Shown here: one piece after another, positions 12,401-28,300 of the stretch
Position numbering within the stretch: position 1 is the stretch's first letter
Layout: the number at the start of each line of letters is the position of its first letter
Origin: Auanema rhodensis
Taxonomy: Eukaryota; Animalia; Nematoda
Length of the DNA: 64,000 nt
Direction: 5' to 3'
NCBI GenBank assembly: GCA_964057225.1
Contig: CAXKVF010000077.1
Location: 372,001-436,000 of the forward strand
The notes under the pieces: generated by a model
Databases searched by the model: none
Seen by the model: the letters and a program-made list of their open reading frames with translations, nothing else
Told to the model about the DNA's origin: nothing
Position numbers and translations under genes: made by a program

Positions 12401-15400
12401 CACGTGAAGCGAGTTACATACCAAGTGCACATCACGTGTACATTTAATTAGCATAAATTAAAGTTCACGTAAATTTCAAAGTCATGGTTACCATGCACCA
12501 ATATCAATAAAAATTTGTTTTTAGACTAATATGGACATGGGGAATCTAATTTTGAAAACCGCATCTCTTTATCTTTCACGTGAAGCGAGTTACATACCAA
12601 GTGCACATCACGTGTACATTTAATTAGCATAAATTAAAGTTCACGTAACTTTCAAAGTCATGGTTACCATGCACCAATATCAATAAAAATTTGTTTTTAG
12701 ACTAATATGGACATGGGGAATCTAATTTTGAAAACCGCATCTCTTTATCTTTCACGTGAAGCGAGTTACATACTAAGTGCACATCACGTGTACATTTAAT
12801 TAGCATAAATTAAAGTTCACGTAAATTTCAAAGTCATGGTTACCATGCACCAATATCAATAAAAATTTGTTTTTAGACTAATATGGACATGGGGAAACTA
12901 ATTTTGAAAACCGCATCTCTTTATCTTTCACGTGAAGCGAGTTACATACCAAGTGCACATCACGTGTACATTTAATTAGCATAAATTAAAGTTCACGTAA
13001 ATTTCAAAGTCATGGTTACCATGAACCAATATCAATAAAAATTTGTTTTTAGACTAATATGGACATGGGGAATCTAATTTTTAAAACCGCATCTCTTTAT
13101 CTTTCACGTGAAGCGAGTTACATACCAAGTGCACATCACGTGTACATTTAATTAGCATAAATTAAAGTTCACGTAAATTTCAAAGTCATGGTTACCATGC
13201 ACCAATATCAATAAAAATTTGTTTTTAGACTAATATGGACATGGGGAATCTAATTTTGAAAACCGCATCTCTTTATCTTTCACGTGAAGCGAGTTACATA
13301 CTAAGTGCACATCACGTGTACATTTAATTAGCATAAATTAAAGTTCACGTAAATTTCAAAGTCATGGTTACCATGCACCAATATCAATAAAAATTTGTTT
13401 TTAGACTAATATGGACATGGGGAATCTAATTTTGAAAACCGCATCTCTTTATCTTTCACGTGAAGCGAGTTACATACCAAGTGCACATCACGTGTACATT
13501 TAATTAGCATAAATTAAAGTTCACGTAAATTTCAAAGTCATGGTTACCATGAACCAATATCAATAAAAATTTGTTTTTAGACTAATATGGACATGGGAAA
13601 TCTAATTTTGAAAACCGCATCTCTTTATCTTTCACGTGAAGCGAGTTACATACCGAGTGCACATCACGTGTACATTTAATTAGCATAAATTAAAGTTCAC
13701 GTAAATTTCAAAGTCATGGTTACCATGCACCAATATCAATAAAAATTTGTTTTTAGACTAATATGGACATGGGGAATCTAATTTTGAAAACCGCATCTCT
13801 TTATCTTTCACGTGAAGCGAGTTACATACCAAGTGCACATCACGTGTACATTTAATTAGCATAAATTAAAGTTCACGTAACTTTCAAAGTCATGGTTACC
13901 ATGCACCAATATCAATAAAAATTTGTTTTTAGACTAATATGGACATGGGGAATCTAATTTTGAAAACCGCATCTCTTTATCTTTCACGTGAAGCGAGTTA
14001 CATACCAAGTGCACATCACGTGTACATTTAATTAGCATAAATTAAAGTTCACGTAAATTTCAAAGTCATGGTTACCATGCACCAATATCAATAAAAATTT
14101 GTTTTTAGACTAATATGGACATGGGAAATCTAATTTTGAAAACCGCATCTCTTTATCTTTCACGTGAAGCGAGTTACATACCAAGTGCACATCACGTGTA
14201 CATTTAATTAGCATAAATTAAAGTTCACGTAAATTTCAAAGTCATGGTTACCATGCACCAATATCAATAAAAATTTGTTTTTAGACTAATATGGACATGG
14301 GGAATCTAATTTTGAAAACCGCATCTCTTCATCTTTCACGTGAAGCGAGTTACATACCAAGTGCACATCACGTGTACATTTAATTAGCATAAATTAAAGT
14401 TCACGTAAATTTCAAAGTCATGGTTACCATGAACCAATATCAATAAAAATTTGTTTTTAGACTAATATGGACATGGGGAATCTAATTTTGAAAACCGCAT
14501 CTCTTTATCTTTCACGTGAAGCGAGTTACATACCAAGTGCACATCACGTGTACATTTAATTAGCATAAATTAAAGTTCACGTAAATTTCAAAGTCATGGT
14601 TACCATGCACCAATATCAATAAAAATTTGTTTTTAAACTAATATGGACATGGGGAATCTAATTTTGAAAACCGCATCTCTTTATCTTTCACGTGAAGCGA
14701 GTTACATACCAAGTGCACATCACGTGTACATTTAATTAGCATAAATTAAAGTTCACGTAAATTTCAAAGTCATGGTTACCATGCACCAATGTCAATAAAA
14801 ATTTGTTTTTAGACTAATATGGACGTGGGGAATCTAATTTTGAAAACCGCATCTCTTCATCTTTCACGTGAAGCGAGTTACATACCAAGTGCACATCACG
14901 TGTACATTTAATTAGCATAAATTAAAGTTCACGTAAATTTCAAAGTCATGGTTACCATGCACCAATATCAATAAAAATTTGTTTTTAGACTAATATGGAC
15001 ATGGGGAATCTAATTTTGAAAACCGCATCTCTTTATCTTTCACGTGAAGCGAGTTACATACCAAGTGCACATCACGTGTACATTTAATTAGCATAAATTA
15101 AAGTTCACGTAAATTTCAAAGTCATGGTTACCATGAACCAATATCAATAAAAATTTGTTTTTAGACTAATATGGACATGGGGAATCTAATTTTGAAAACC
15201 GCATCTCTTTATCTTTCACGTGAAGTGAGTTACATACCAAGTGCACATCACGTGTACATTTAATTAGCATAAATTAAAGTTCACGTAAATTTCAAAGTCA
15301 TGGTTACCATGCACCAATGTCAATAAAAATTTGTTTTTAGACTAATATGGACATGGGGAATCTAATTTTGAAAACCACATCTCTTTATCTTTCACGTGAA

Positions 15401-17420
15401 GCGAGTTACATACCAAGTGCACATCACGTGTACATTTAATTAGCATAAATTAAAGTTCACGTAAATTTCAAAGTCATGGTTACCATGCACCAATGTCAAT
15501 AAAAATTTGTTTTTAGACTAATATGGACATGGGGAATCTAATTTTGCAAACCGCATCTCTTCATCTTTCACGTGAAGCGAGTTACATACCAAGTGCACAT
15601 CACGTGTACATTTAATTAGCATAAATTAAAGTTCACGTAAATTTCAAAGTCATGGTTACCATGCACCAATATCAATAAAAATTTGTTTTTAGACTAATAT
15701 GGACATGGGGAATCTAATTTTGAAAACCGCATCTCTTTATCTTTCACGTGAAGCGAGTTACATACCAAGTGCACATCACGTGTACATTTAATTAGCATAA
15801 ATTAAAGTTCACGTAACTTTCAAAGTCATGGTTACCATGCACCAATATCAATAAAAATTTGTTTTTAGACTAATATGGACATGGGGAATCTAATTTTGAA
15901 AACCGCATCTCTTTATCTTTCACGTGAAGCGAGTTACATACTAAGTGCACATCACGTGTACATTTAATTAGCATAAATTAAAGTTCACGTAAATTTCAAA
16001 GTCATGGTTACCATGCACCAATATCAATAAAAATTTGTTTTTAGACTAATATGGAAATGGGAAATCTAATTTTGAAAACCGCATCTCTTTATCTTTCACG
16101 TGAAGCGAGTTACATACCAAGTGCACATCACGTGTACATTTAATTAGCATAAATTAAAGTTCACGTAAATTTCAAAGTCATGGTTACCATGCACCAATAT
16201 CAATAAAAATTTGTTTTTAGACTAATATGGACATGGGGAATCTAATTTTGAAAACCGCATCTCTTTATCTTTCACGTGAAGCGAGTTACATACCAAGTGC
16301 ACATCACGTGTACATTTAATTAGCATAAATTAAAGTTCACGTAAATTTCAAAGTCATGGTTACCATGCACCAATATCAATAAAAATTTGTTTTTGGACTA
16401 ATATGGACATGGGGAATCTAATTTTGAAAACCGCATCTCTTCATCTTTCACGTGAAGCGAGTTACATACCAAGTGCACATCACGTGTACATTTAATTAGC
16501 ATAAATTAAAGTTCACGTAAATTTCAAAGTCATGGTTACCATGCACCAATATCAATAAAAATTTGTTTTTAGACTAATATGGACATGGGGAATCTAATTT
16601 TGAAAACCGCATCTCTTTATCTTTCACGTGAAGCGAGTTACATACCAAGTGCACATCACGTGTACATTTAATTAGCATAAATTAAAGTTCACGTAAATTT
16701 CAAAGTCATGGTTACCATGAACCAATATCAATAAAAATTTGTTTTTAGACTAATATGGACATGGGGAATCTAATTTTGAAAACCGCATCTCTTTATCTTT
16801 CACGTGAAGTGAGTTACATACCAAGTGCACATCACGTGTACATTTAATTAGCATAAATTAAAGTTCACGTAAATTTCAAAGTCATGGTTACCATGCACCA
16901 ATGTCAATAAAAATTTGTTTTTAGACTAATATGGACATGGGGAATCTAATTTTGAAAACCACATCTCTTTATCTTTCACGTGAAGCGAGTTACATACCAA
17001 GTGCACATCACGTGTACATTTAATTAGCATAAATTAAAGTTCACGTAAATTTCAAAGTCATGGTTACCATGCACCAATGTCAATAAAAATTTGTTTTTAG
17101 ACTAATATGGACATGGGGAATCTAATTTTGCAAACCGCATCTCTTCATCTTTCACGTGAAGCGAGTTACATACCAAGTGCACATCACGTGTACATTTAAT
17201 TAGCATAAATTAAAGTTCACGTAAATTTCAAAGTCATGGTTACCATGCACCAATGTCAATAAAAATTTGTTTTTAGACTAATATGGACATGGGGAATCTA
17301 ATTTTGAAAACCGCATCTCTTTATCTTTCACGTGAAGCGAGTTACATACCAAGTGCACATCACGTGTACATTTAATTAGCATAAATTAAAGTTCACGTAA
17401 CTTTCAAAGTCATGGTTACC
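9500..17420 (+). repeat. Region of 5-, 4-, 18- and 9-monomer block repeats
   Basis: GGACGTGG variant at 10073, 10953 (+880), 11657 (+704) and 14825 (+3168). GAAGTGAG at 12058, 15226 and 16810, and AACCACATC at 12209, 15377 and 16961 (+3168, +1584). Boundaries are approximate. Confidence 0.85.
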
Positions 17421-20400
17421 ATGCACCAATATCAATAAAAATTTGTTTTTAGACTAATATGGACATGGGAAATCTAATTTTGAAAACCGCATCTCTTTAT
17501 CTTTCACGTGAAGCGAGTTACATACCAAGTGCACATCACGTGTACATTTAATTAGCATAAATTAAAGTTCACGTAAATTTCAAAGTCATGGTTACCATGC
17601 ACCAATATCAATAAAAATTTGTTTTTAGACTAATATGGACATGGGCAATCTAATTTTGAAAACCGCATCTCTTTATCTTTCACGTGAAGCGAGTTACATA
17701 CCAAGTGCACATCACGTGTACATTTAATTAGCATAAATTAAAGTTCACGTAACTTTCAAAGTCATGGTTACCATGCACCAATATCAATAAAAATTTGTTT
17801 TTAGACTAATATGGACATGGGGAATCTAATTTTGAAAACCGCATCTCTTTATCTTTCACGTGAAGCGAGTTACATACTAAGTGCACATCACGTGTACATT
17901 TAATTAGCATAAATTAAAGTTCACGTAAATTTCAAAGTCATGGTTACCATGCACCAATATCAAAAAAAATTTGTTTTTAGACTAATATGGAAATGGGAAA
18001 TCTAATTTTGAAAACCGCATCTCTTTATCTTTCACGTGAAGCGAGTTACATACCAAGTGCACATCACGTGTACATTTAATTAGCATAAATTAAAGTTCAC
18101 GTAAATTTCAAAGTCATGGTTACCATGCACCAATATCAATAAAAATTTGTTTTTAGACTAATATGGACATGGGAAATCTAATTTTGAAAACCGCATCTCT
18201 TTATCTTTCACGTGAAGCGAGTTACATACTAAGTGCACATCACGTGTACATTTAATTAGCATAAATTAAAGTTCACGTAAATTTCAAAGTCATGGTTACC
18301 ATGCACCAATATCAATAAAAATTTGTTTTTAGACTAATATGGACATGGGGAATCTAATTTTGAAAACCGCATCTCTTTATCTTTCACGTGAAGCGAGTTA
18401 CATACCAAGTGCACATCACGTGTACATTTAATTAGCATAAATTAAAGTTCACGTAAATTTCAAAGTCATGGTTACCATGCACCAATATCAATAAAAATTT
18501 GTTTTTGGACTAATATGGACATGGGGAATCTAATTTTGAAAACCGCATCTCTTCATCTTTCACGTGAAGCGAGTTACATACCAAGTGCACATCACGTGTA
18601 CATTTAATTAGCATAAATTAAAGTTCACGTAAATTTCAAAGTCATGGTTACCATGAACCAATATCAATAAAAATTTGTTTTTAGACTAATATGGACATGG
18701 GGAATCTAATTTTGAAAACCGCATCTCTTTATCTTTCACGTGAAGCGAGTTACATACCAAGTGCACATCACGTGTACATTTAATTAGCATAAATTAAAGT
18801 TCACGTAAATTTCAAAGTCATGGTTACCATGCACCAATATCAATAAAAATTTGTTTTTAAACTAATATGGACATGGGGAATCTAATTTTGAAAACCGCAT
18901 CTCTTTATCTTTCACGTGAAGCGAGTTACATACCAAGTGCACATCACGTGTACATTTAATTAGCATAAATTAAAGTTCACGTAACTTTCAAAGTCATGGT
19001 TACCATGCACCAATATCAATAAAAATTTGTTTTTAGACTAATATGGACATGGGGAATCTAATTTTGAAAACCGCATCTCTTTATCTTTCACGTGAAGCGA
19101 GTTACATACCAAGTGCACATCACGTGTACATTTAATTAGCATAAATTAAAGTTCACGTAAATTTCAAAGTCATGGTTACCATGCACCAATATCAATAAAA
19201 ATTTGTTTTTAAACTAATATGGACATGGGGAATCTAATTTTGAAAACCGCATCTCTTTATCTTTCACGTGAAGCGAGTTACATACCAAGTGCACATCACG
19301 TGTACATTTAATTAGCATAAATTAAAGTTCACGTAAATTTCAAAGTCATGGTTACCATGCACCAATATCAATAAAAATTTGTTTTTAGACTAATATGGAC
19401 ATGGGGAATCTAATTTTGAAAACCGCATCTCTTCATCTTTCACGTGAAGCGAGTTACATACCAAGTGCACATCACGTGTACATTTAATTAGCATAAATTA
19501 AAGTTCACGTAAATTTCAAAGTCATGGTTACCATGAACCAATATCAATAAAAATTTGTTTTTAGACTAATATGGACATGGGGAATCTAATTTTGAAAACC
19601 GCATCTCTTTATCTTTCACGTGAAGCGAGTTACATACCAAGTGCACATCACGTGTACATTTAATTAGCATAAATTAAAGTTCACGTAAATTTCAAAGTCA
19701 TGGTTACCATGCACCAATATCAATAAAAATTTGTTTTTAAACTAATATGGACATGGGGAATCTAATTTTGAAAACCGCATCTCTTTATCTTTCACGTGAA
19801 GCGAGTTACATACCAAGTGCACATCACGTGTACATTTAATTAGCATAAATTAAAGTTCACGTAACTTTCAAAGTCATGGTTACCATGCACCAATATCAAT
19901 AAAAATTTGTTTTTAGACTAATATGGACATGGGAAATCTAATTTTGAAAACCGCATCTCTTTATCTTTCACGTGAAGCGAGTTACATACCAAGTGCACAT
20001 CACGTGTACATTTAATTAGCATAAATCAAAGTTCACGTAAATTTCAAAGTCATGGTTACCATGCACCAATATCAATAAAAATTTGTTTTTAGACTAATAT
20101 GGACATGGGGAATCTACTTTTGAAAACCGCATCTCTTTATCTTTCACGTGAAGCGAGTTACATACCAAGTGCACATCACGTCTACATTTAATTAGCATAA
20201 ATTAAAGTTCACGTAAATTTCAAAGTCATGGTTACCATGCACCAATATCAATAAAAATTTGTTTTTAAACTAATATGGACATGGGGAATCTAATTTTGAA
20301 AACCGCATCTCTTTATCTTTCACGTGAAGCGAGTTACATACCAAGTGCACATCACGTGTACATTTAATTAGCATAAATTAAAGTTCACGTAACTTTCAAA

Positions 20401-22379
20401 GTCATGGTTACCATGCACCAATATCAATAAAAATTTGTTTTTAGACTAATATGGACATGGGAAATCTAATTTTGAAAACCGCATCTCTTTATCTTTCACG
20501 TGAAGCGAGTTACATACCAAGTGCACATCACGTGTACATTTAATTAGCATAAATTAAAGTTCACGTAAATTTCAAAGTCATGGTTACCATGCACCAATAT
20601 CAATAAAAATTTGTTTTTAGACTAATATGGACATGGGCAATCTAATTTTGAAAACCGCATCTCTTTATCTTTCACGTGAAGCGAGTTACATACCAAGTGC
20701 ACATCACGTGTACATTTAATTAGCATAAATTAAAGTTCACGTAAATTTCAAAGTCATGGTTACCATGCACCAATATCAATAAAAATTTGTTTTTGGACTA
20801 ATATGGACATGGGGAATCTGATTTTGAAAACCACATCTCTTTATCTTTCACGTGAAGCGAGTTACATACCAAGTGCACATCACGTGTACATTTAATTAGC
20901 ATAAATCAAAGTTCACGTAAATTTCAAAGTCATGGTTACCATGCACCAATATCAATAAAAATTTGTTTTTAGACTAATATGGACATGGGGAATCTACTTT
21001 TGAAAACCGCATCTCTTTATCTTTCACGTGAAGCGAGTTACATACCAAGTGCACATCACGTGTACATTTAATTAGCATAAATTAAAGTTCACGTAAATTT
21101 CAAAGTCATGGTTACCATGCACCAATATCAATAAAAATTTGTTTTTAAACTAATATGGACATGGGGAATCTAATTTTGAAAACCGCATCTCTTTATCTTT
21201 CACGTGAAGCGAGTTACATACCAAGTGCACATCACGTGTACATTTAATTAGCATAAATTAAAGTTCACGTAACTTTCAAAGTCATGGTTACCATGCACCA
21301 ATATCAATAAAAATTTGTTTTTAGACTAATATGGACATGGGGAATCTAATTTTGAAAACCGCATCTCTTTATCTTTCACGTGAAGCGAGTTACATACCAA
21401 GTGCACATCACGTGTACATTTAATTAGCATAAATTAAAGTTCACTAAATTTCAAAGTCATGGTTACCATGCACCAATATCAATAAAAATTTGTTTTTAAA
21501 CTAATATGGACATGGGGAATCTAATTTTGAAAACCGCATCTCTTTATCTTTCACGTGAAGCGAGTTACATACCAAGTGCACATCACGTGTACATTTAATT
21601 AGCATAAATTAAAGTTCACGTAAATTTCAAAGTCAAGGTTACCATGCACCAATATCAATAAAAATTTGTTTTTAGACTAATATGGACATGGGGAATCTAA
21701 TTTTGAAAACCGCATCTCTTCATCTTTCACGTGAAGCGAGTTACATACCAAGTGCACATCACGTGTACATTTAATTAGCATAAATTAAAGTTCACGTAAA
21801 TTTCAAAGTCATGGTTACCATGAACCAATATCAATAAAAATTTGTTTTTAGACTAATATGGACATGGGGAATCTAATTTTGAAAACCGCATCTCTTTATC
21901 TTTCACGTGAAGCGAGTTACATACCAAGTGCACATCACGTGTACATTTAATTAGCATAAATTAAAGTTCACGTAAATTTCAAAGTCATGGTTACCATGCA
22001 CCAATATCAATAAAAATTTGTTTTTAAACTAATATGGACATGGGGAATCTAATTTTGAAAACCGCATCTCTTTATCTTTCACGTGAAGCGAGTTACATAC
22101 CAAGTGCACATCACGTGTACATTTAATTAGCATAAATTAAAGTTCACGTAACTTTCAAAGTCATGGTTACCATGCACCAATATCAATAAAAATTTGTTTT
22201 TAAACTAATATGGACATGGGGAATCTAATTTTGAAAACCGCATCTCTTTATCTTTCACGTGAAGCGAGTTACATACCAAGTGCACATCACGTGTACATTT
22301 AATTAGCATAAATTAAAGTTCACGTAAATTTCAAAGTCATGGTTACCATGCACCAATATCAATAAAAATTTGTTTTTAA

Positions 22380-25300
22380 ACTAATATGGACATGGGGAAT
22401 CTAATTTTGAAAACCGCATCTCTTTATCTTTCACGTGAAGCGAGTTACATACCAAGTGCACATCACGTGTACATTTAATTAGCATAAATTAAAGTTCACG
22501 TAAATTTCAAAGTCAAGGTTACCATGCACCAATATCAATAAAAATTTGTTTTTAGACTAATATGGACATGGGGAATCTAATTTTGAAAACCGCATCTCTT
22601 CATCTTTCACGTGAAGCGAGTTACATACCAAGTGCACATCACGTGTACATTTAATTAGCATAAATTAAAGTTCACGTAAATTTCAAAGTCATGGTTACCA
22701 TGAACCAATATCAATAAAAATTTGTTTTTAGACTAATATGGACATGGGGAATCTAATTTTGAAAACCGCATCTCTTTATCTTTCACGTGAAGCGAGTTAC
22801 ATACCAAGTGCACATCACGTGTACATTTAATTAGCATAAATTAAAGTTCACGTAAATTTCAAAGTCATGGTTACCATGCACCAATATCAATAAAAATTTG
22901 TTTTTAAACTAATATGGACATGGGGAATCTAATTTTGAAAACCGCATCTCTTTATCTTTCACGTGAAGCGAGTTACATACCAAGTGCACATCACGTGTAC
23001 ATTTAATTAGCATAAATTAAAGTTCACGTAACTTTCAAAGTCATGGTTACCATGCACCAATATCAATAAAAATTTGTTTTTAGACTAATATGGACATGGG
23101 GAATCTAATTTTGAAAACCGCATCTCTTTATCTTTCACGTGAAGCGAGTTACATACCAAGTGCACATCACGTGTACATTTAATTAGCATAAATTAAAGTT
23201 CACGTAACTTTCAAAGTCATGGTTACCATGCACCAATATCAATAAAAATTTGTTTTTAGACTAATATGGACATGGGGAATCTAATTTTGAAAACCGCATC
23301 TCTTTATCTTTCACGTGAAGCGAGTTACATACTAAGTGCACATCACGTGTACATTTAATTAGCATAAATTAAAGTTCACGTAAATTTCAAAGTCATGGTT
23401 ACCATGAACCAATATCAATAAAAATTTGTTTTTAGACTAATATGGACATGGGGAATCTAATTTTGAAAACCGCATCTCTTTATCTTTCACGTGAAGCGAG
23501 TTACATACCAAGTGCACATCACGTGTACATTTAATTAGCATAAATTAAAGTTCACGTAAATTTCAAAGTCATGGTTACCATGCACCAATATCAATAAAAA
23601 TTTGTTTTTAAACTAATATGGACATGGGGAATCTAATTTTGAAAACCGCATCTCTTTATCTTTCACGTGAAGCGAGTTACATACCAAGTGCACATCACGT
23701 GTACATTTAATTAGCATAAATTAAAGTTCACGTAAATTTCAAAGTCATGGTTACCATGCACCAATATCGATAAAAATTTGTTTTTAGACTAATATGGACA
23801 TGGGGAATCTAATTTTGAAAACCGCATCTCTTTATCTTTCACGTGAAGCGAGTTACATACCAAGTGCACATCACGTGTACATTTAATTAGCATAAATTAA
23901 AGTTCACGTAAATTTCAAAGTCATGGTTACCATGAACCAATATCAATAAAAATTTGTTTTTAGACTAATATGGACATGGGGAATCTAATTTTGAAAACCG
24001 CATCTCTTTATCTTTCACGTGAAGCGAGTTCCATACCAAGTGCACATCACGTGTACATTTAATTAGCATAAATTAAAGTTCACGTAAATTTCAAAGTCAT
24101 GGTTACCATGAACCAATATCAATAAAAATTTGTTTTTAGACTAATATGGACATGGGGAATCTAATTTTGAAAACCGCATCTCTTTATCTTTCACGTGAAG
24201 CGAGTTACATACCAAGTGCCCATCACGTGTACATTTAATTAGCATAAATTAAAGTTCACGTAAATTTCAAAGTCATGGTTACCATGCACCAATATCAATA
24301 AAAATTTGTTTTTAGACTAATATGGACATGGGGAATCTAATTTTGAAAACCGCATCTCTTTATCTTTCACGTGAAGCGAGTTACATACCAAGTGCACATC
24401 ACGTGTACATTTAATTAGCATAAATTAAAGTTCACGTAAATTTCAAAGTCATGGTTACCATGCACCAATATCAATAAAAATTTGTGTTTAGACTAATATG
24501 GACATGGGGAATCTAATTTTGAAAACCGCATCTCTTTATCTTTCACGTGAAGCGAGTTACATACCAAGTGCACATCACGTGTACATTTAATTAGCATAAA
24601 TTAAAGTTCACGTAAATTTCAAAGTCATGGTTACCATGCACCAATATCAATAAAAATTTGTTTTTAGACTAATATGGACATGGAGAATCTAATTTTGAAA
24701 ACCGCATCTCTTTATCTTTCACGTGAAGCGAGTTACATACCAAGTGCACATCACGTGTACATTTAATTAGCATAAATTAAAGTTCACGTAAATTTCAAAG
24801 TCATGGTTACCATGCACCAATATCAATAAAAATTTGTTTTTAGACTAATATGGACATGGGGAATCTAATTTTGAAAACCGCATCTCTTTATCTTTCACGT
24901 GAAGCGAGTTACATACCAAGTGCACATCACGTGTACATTTAATTAGCATAAATTAAAGTTCACGTAAATTTCAAAGTCATGGTTACCATGCACCAATATC
25001 AATAAAAATTTGTTTTTAGACTAATATGGACATGGAGAATCTAATTTTGAAAACCGCATCTCTTTATCTTTCACGTGAAGCGAGTTACATACCAAGTGCA
25101 CATCACGTGTACATTTAATTAGCATAAATTAAAGTTCACGTAAATTTCAAAGTCATGGTTACCATGCACCAATATCAATAAAAATTTGTTTTTAGACTAA
25201 TATGGACATGGAGAATCTAATTTTGAAAACCGCATCTCTTTATCTTTCACGTGAAGCGAGTTACATACCAAGTGCACATCACGTGTACATTTAATTAGCA

Positions 25301-28300
25301 TTAATTAAAGTTCACGTAAATTTCAAAGTCATGGTTACCATGAACCAATATCAATAAAAATTTGTTTTTAGACTAATATGGACATGGGGAATCTAATTTT
25401 GAAAACCGCATCTCTTTATCTTTCACGTGAAGCGAGTTACATACCAAGTGCACATCACGTGTACATTTAATTAGCATTAATTAAAGTTCACGTAAATTTC
25501 AAAGTCATGGTTACCATGAACCAATATCAATAAAAATTTGTTTTTAGACTAATATGGACATGGGGAATCTAATTTTGAAAACCGCATCTCTTTATCTTTC
25601 ACGTGAAGCGAGTTACATACCAAGTGCACATCACGTGTACATTTAATTAGCATAAATTAAAGTTCACGTAAATTTCAAAGTCAAGGTTACCATGCACCAA
25701 TATCAATAAAAATTTGTTTTTAGACTAATATGGACATGGGGAATCTAATTTTGAAAACCGCATCTCTTCATCTTTCACGTGAAGCGAGTTACATACTAAG
25801 TGCACATCACGTGTACATTTAATTAGCATAAATTAAAGTTCACGTAAATTTCAAAGTCATGGTTACCATGAACCAATATCAATAAAAATTTGTTTTTAGA
25901 CTAATATGGACATGGGGAATCTAATTTTGAAAACCGCATCTCTTTATCTTTCACGTGAAGCGAGTTACATACCAAGTGCACATCACGTGTACATTTAATT
26001 AGCATAAATTAAAGTTCACGTAAATTTCAAAGTCATGGTTACCATGCACCAATATCAATAAAAATTTGTTTTTAAACTAATATGGACATGGGGAATCTAA
26101 TTTTGAAAACCGCATCTCTTTATCTTTCACGTGAAGCGAGTTACATACCAAGTGCACATCACGTGTACATTTAATTAGCATAAATTAAAGTTCACGTAAC
26201 TTTCAAAGTCATGGTTACCATGCACCAATATCAATAAAAATTTGTTTTTAGACTAATATGGACATGGGGAATCTAATTTTGAAAACCGCATCTCTTTATC
26301 TTTCACGTGAAGCGAGTTACATACCAAGTGCACATCACGTGTACATTTAATTAGCATAAATTAAAGTTCACGTAACTTTCAAAGTCATGGTTACCATGCA
26401 CCAATATCAATAAAAATTTGTTTTTAGACTAATATGGACATGGGGAATCTAATTTTGAAAACCGCATCTCTTTATCTTTCACGTGAAGCGAGTTACATAC
26501 TAAGTGCACATCACGTGTACATTTAATTAGCATAAATTAAAGTTCACGTAAATTTCAAAGTCATGGTTACCATGAACCAATATCAATAAAAATTTGTTTT
26601 TAGACTAATATGGACATGGGGAATCTAATTTTGAAAACCGCATCTCTTTATCTTTCACGTGAAGCGAGTTACATACCAAGTGCACATCACGTGTACATTT
26701 AATTAGCATAAATTAAAGTTCACGTAAATTTCAAAGTCATGGTTACCATGCACCAATATCAATAAAAATTTGTTTTTAAACTAATATGGACATGGGGAAT
26801 CTAATTTTGAAAACCGCATCTCTTTATCTTTCACGTGAAGCGAGTTACATACCAAGTGCACATCACGTGTACATTTAATTAGCATAAATTAAAGTTCACG
26901 TAAATTTCAAAGTCATGGTTACCATGCACCAATATCGATAAAAATTTGTTTTTAGACTAATATGGACATGGGGAATCTAATTTTGAAAACCGCATCTCTT
27001 TATCTTTCACGTGAAGCGAGTTACATACCAAGTGCACATCACGTGTACATTTAATTAGCATAAATTAAAGTTCACGTAAATTTCAAAGTCATGGTTACCA
27101 TGAACCAATATCAATAAAAATTTGTTTTTAGACTAATATGGACATGGGGAATCTAATTTTGAAAACCGCATCTCTTTATCTTTCACGTGAAGCGAGTTCC
27201 ATACCAAGTGCACATCACGTGTACATTTAATTAGCATAAATTAAAGTTCACGTAAATTTCAAAGTCATGGTTACCATGAACCAATATCAATAAAAATTTG
27301 TTTTTAGACTAATATGGACATGGGGAATCTAATTTTGAAAACCGCATCTCTTTATCTTTCACGTGAAGCGAGTTACATACCAAGTGCCCATCACGTGTAC
27401 ATTTAATTAGCATAAATTAAAGTTCACGTAAATTTCAAAGTCATGGTTACCATGCACCAATATCAATCAAAATTTGTTTTTAGACTAATATGGACATGGG
27501 GAATCTAATTTTGAAAAACGCATCTCGTTATCTTTCACGTGAAGCGAGTTACATACCAAGTGCCCATCACGTGTACATTTAATTAGCATAAATTAAAGTT
27601 CACGTAAATTTCAAAGTCATGGTTACCATGCACCAATATCAATAAAAATTTGTTTTTAGACTAATATGGACATGGGGAATCTAATTTTGAAAACCGCATC
27701 TCTTTATCTTTCACGTGAAGCGAGTTACATACCAAGTGCACATCACGTGTACATTTAATTAGCATAAATTAAAGTTCACGTAAATTTCAAAGTCATGGTT
27801 ACCATGCACCAATATCAATAAAAATTTGTGTTTAGACTAATATGGACATGGGGAATCTAATTTTGAAAACCGCATCTCTTTATCTTTCACGTGAAGCGAG
27901 TTACATACCAAGTGCACATCACGTGTACATTTAATTAGCATAAATTAAAGTTCACGTAAATTTCAAAGTCATGGTTACCATGCACCAATATCAATAAAAA
28001 TTTGTTTTTAGACTAATATGGACATGGAGAATCTAATTTTGAAAACCGCATCTCTTTATCTTTCACGTGAAGCGAGTTACATACCAAGTGCACATCACGT
28101 GTACATTTAATTAGCATAAATTAAAGTTCACGTAAATTTCAAAGTCATGGTTACCATGCACCAATATCAATAAAAATTTGTTTTTAGACTAATATGGACA
28201 TGGGGAATCTAATTTTAAAAACCGCATCTCTTTATCTTTCACGTGAAGCGAGTTACATACCAAGTGCACATCACGTGTACATTTAATTAGCATAAATTAA

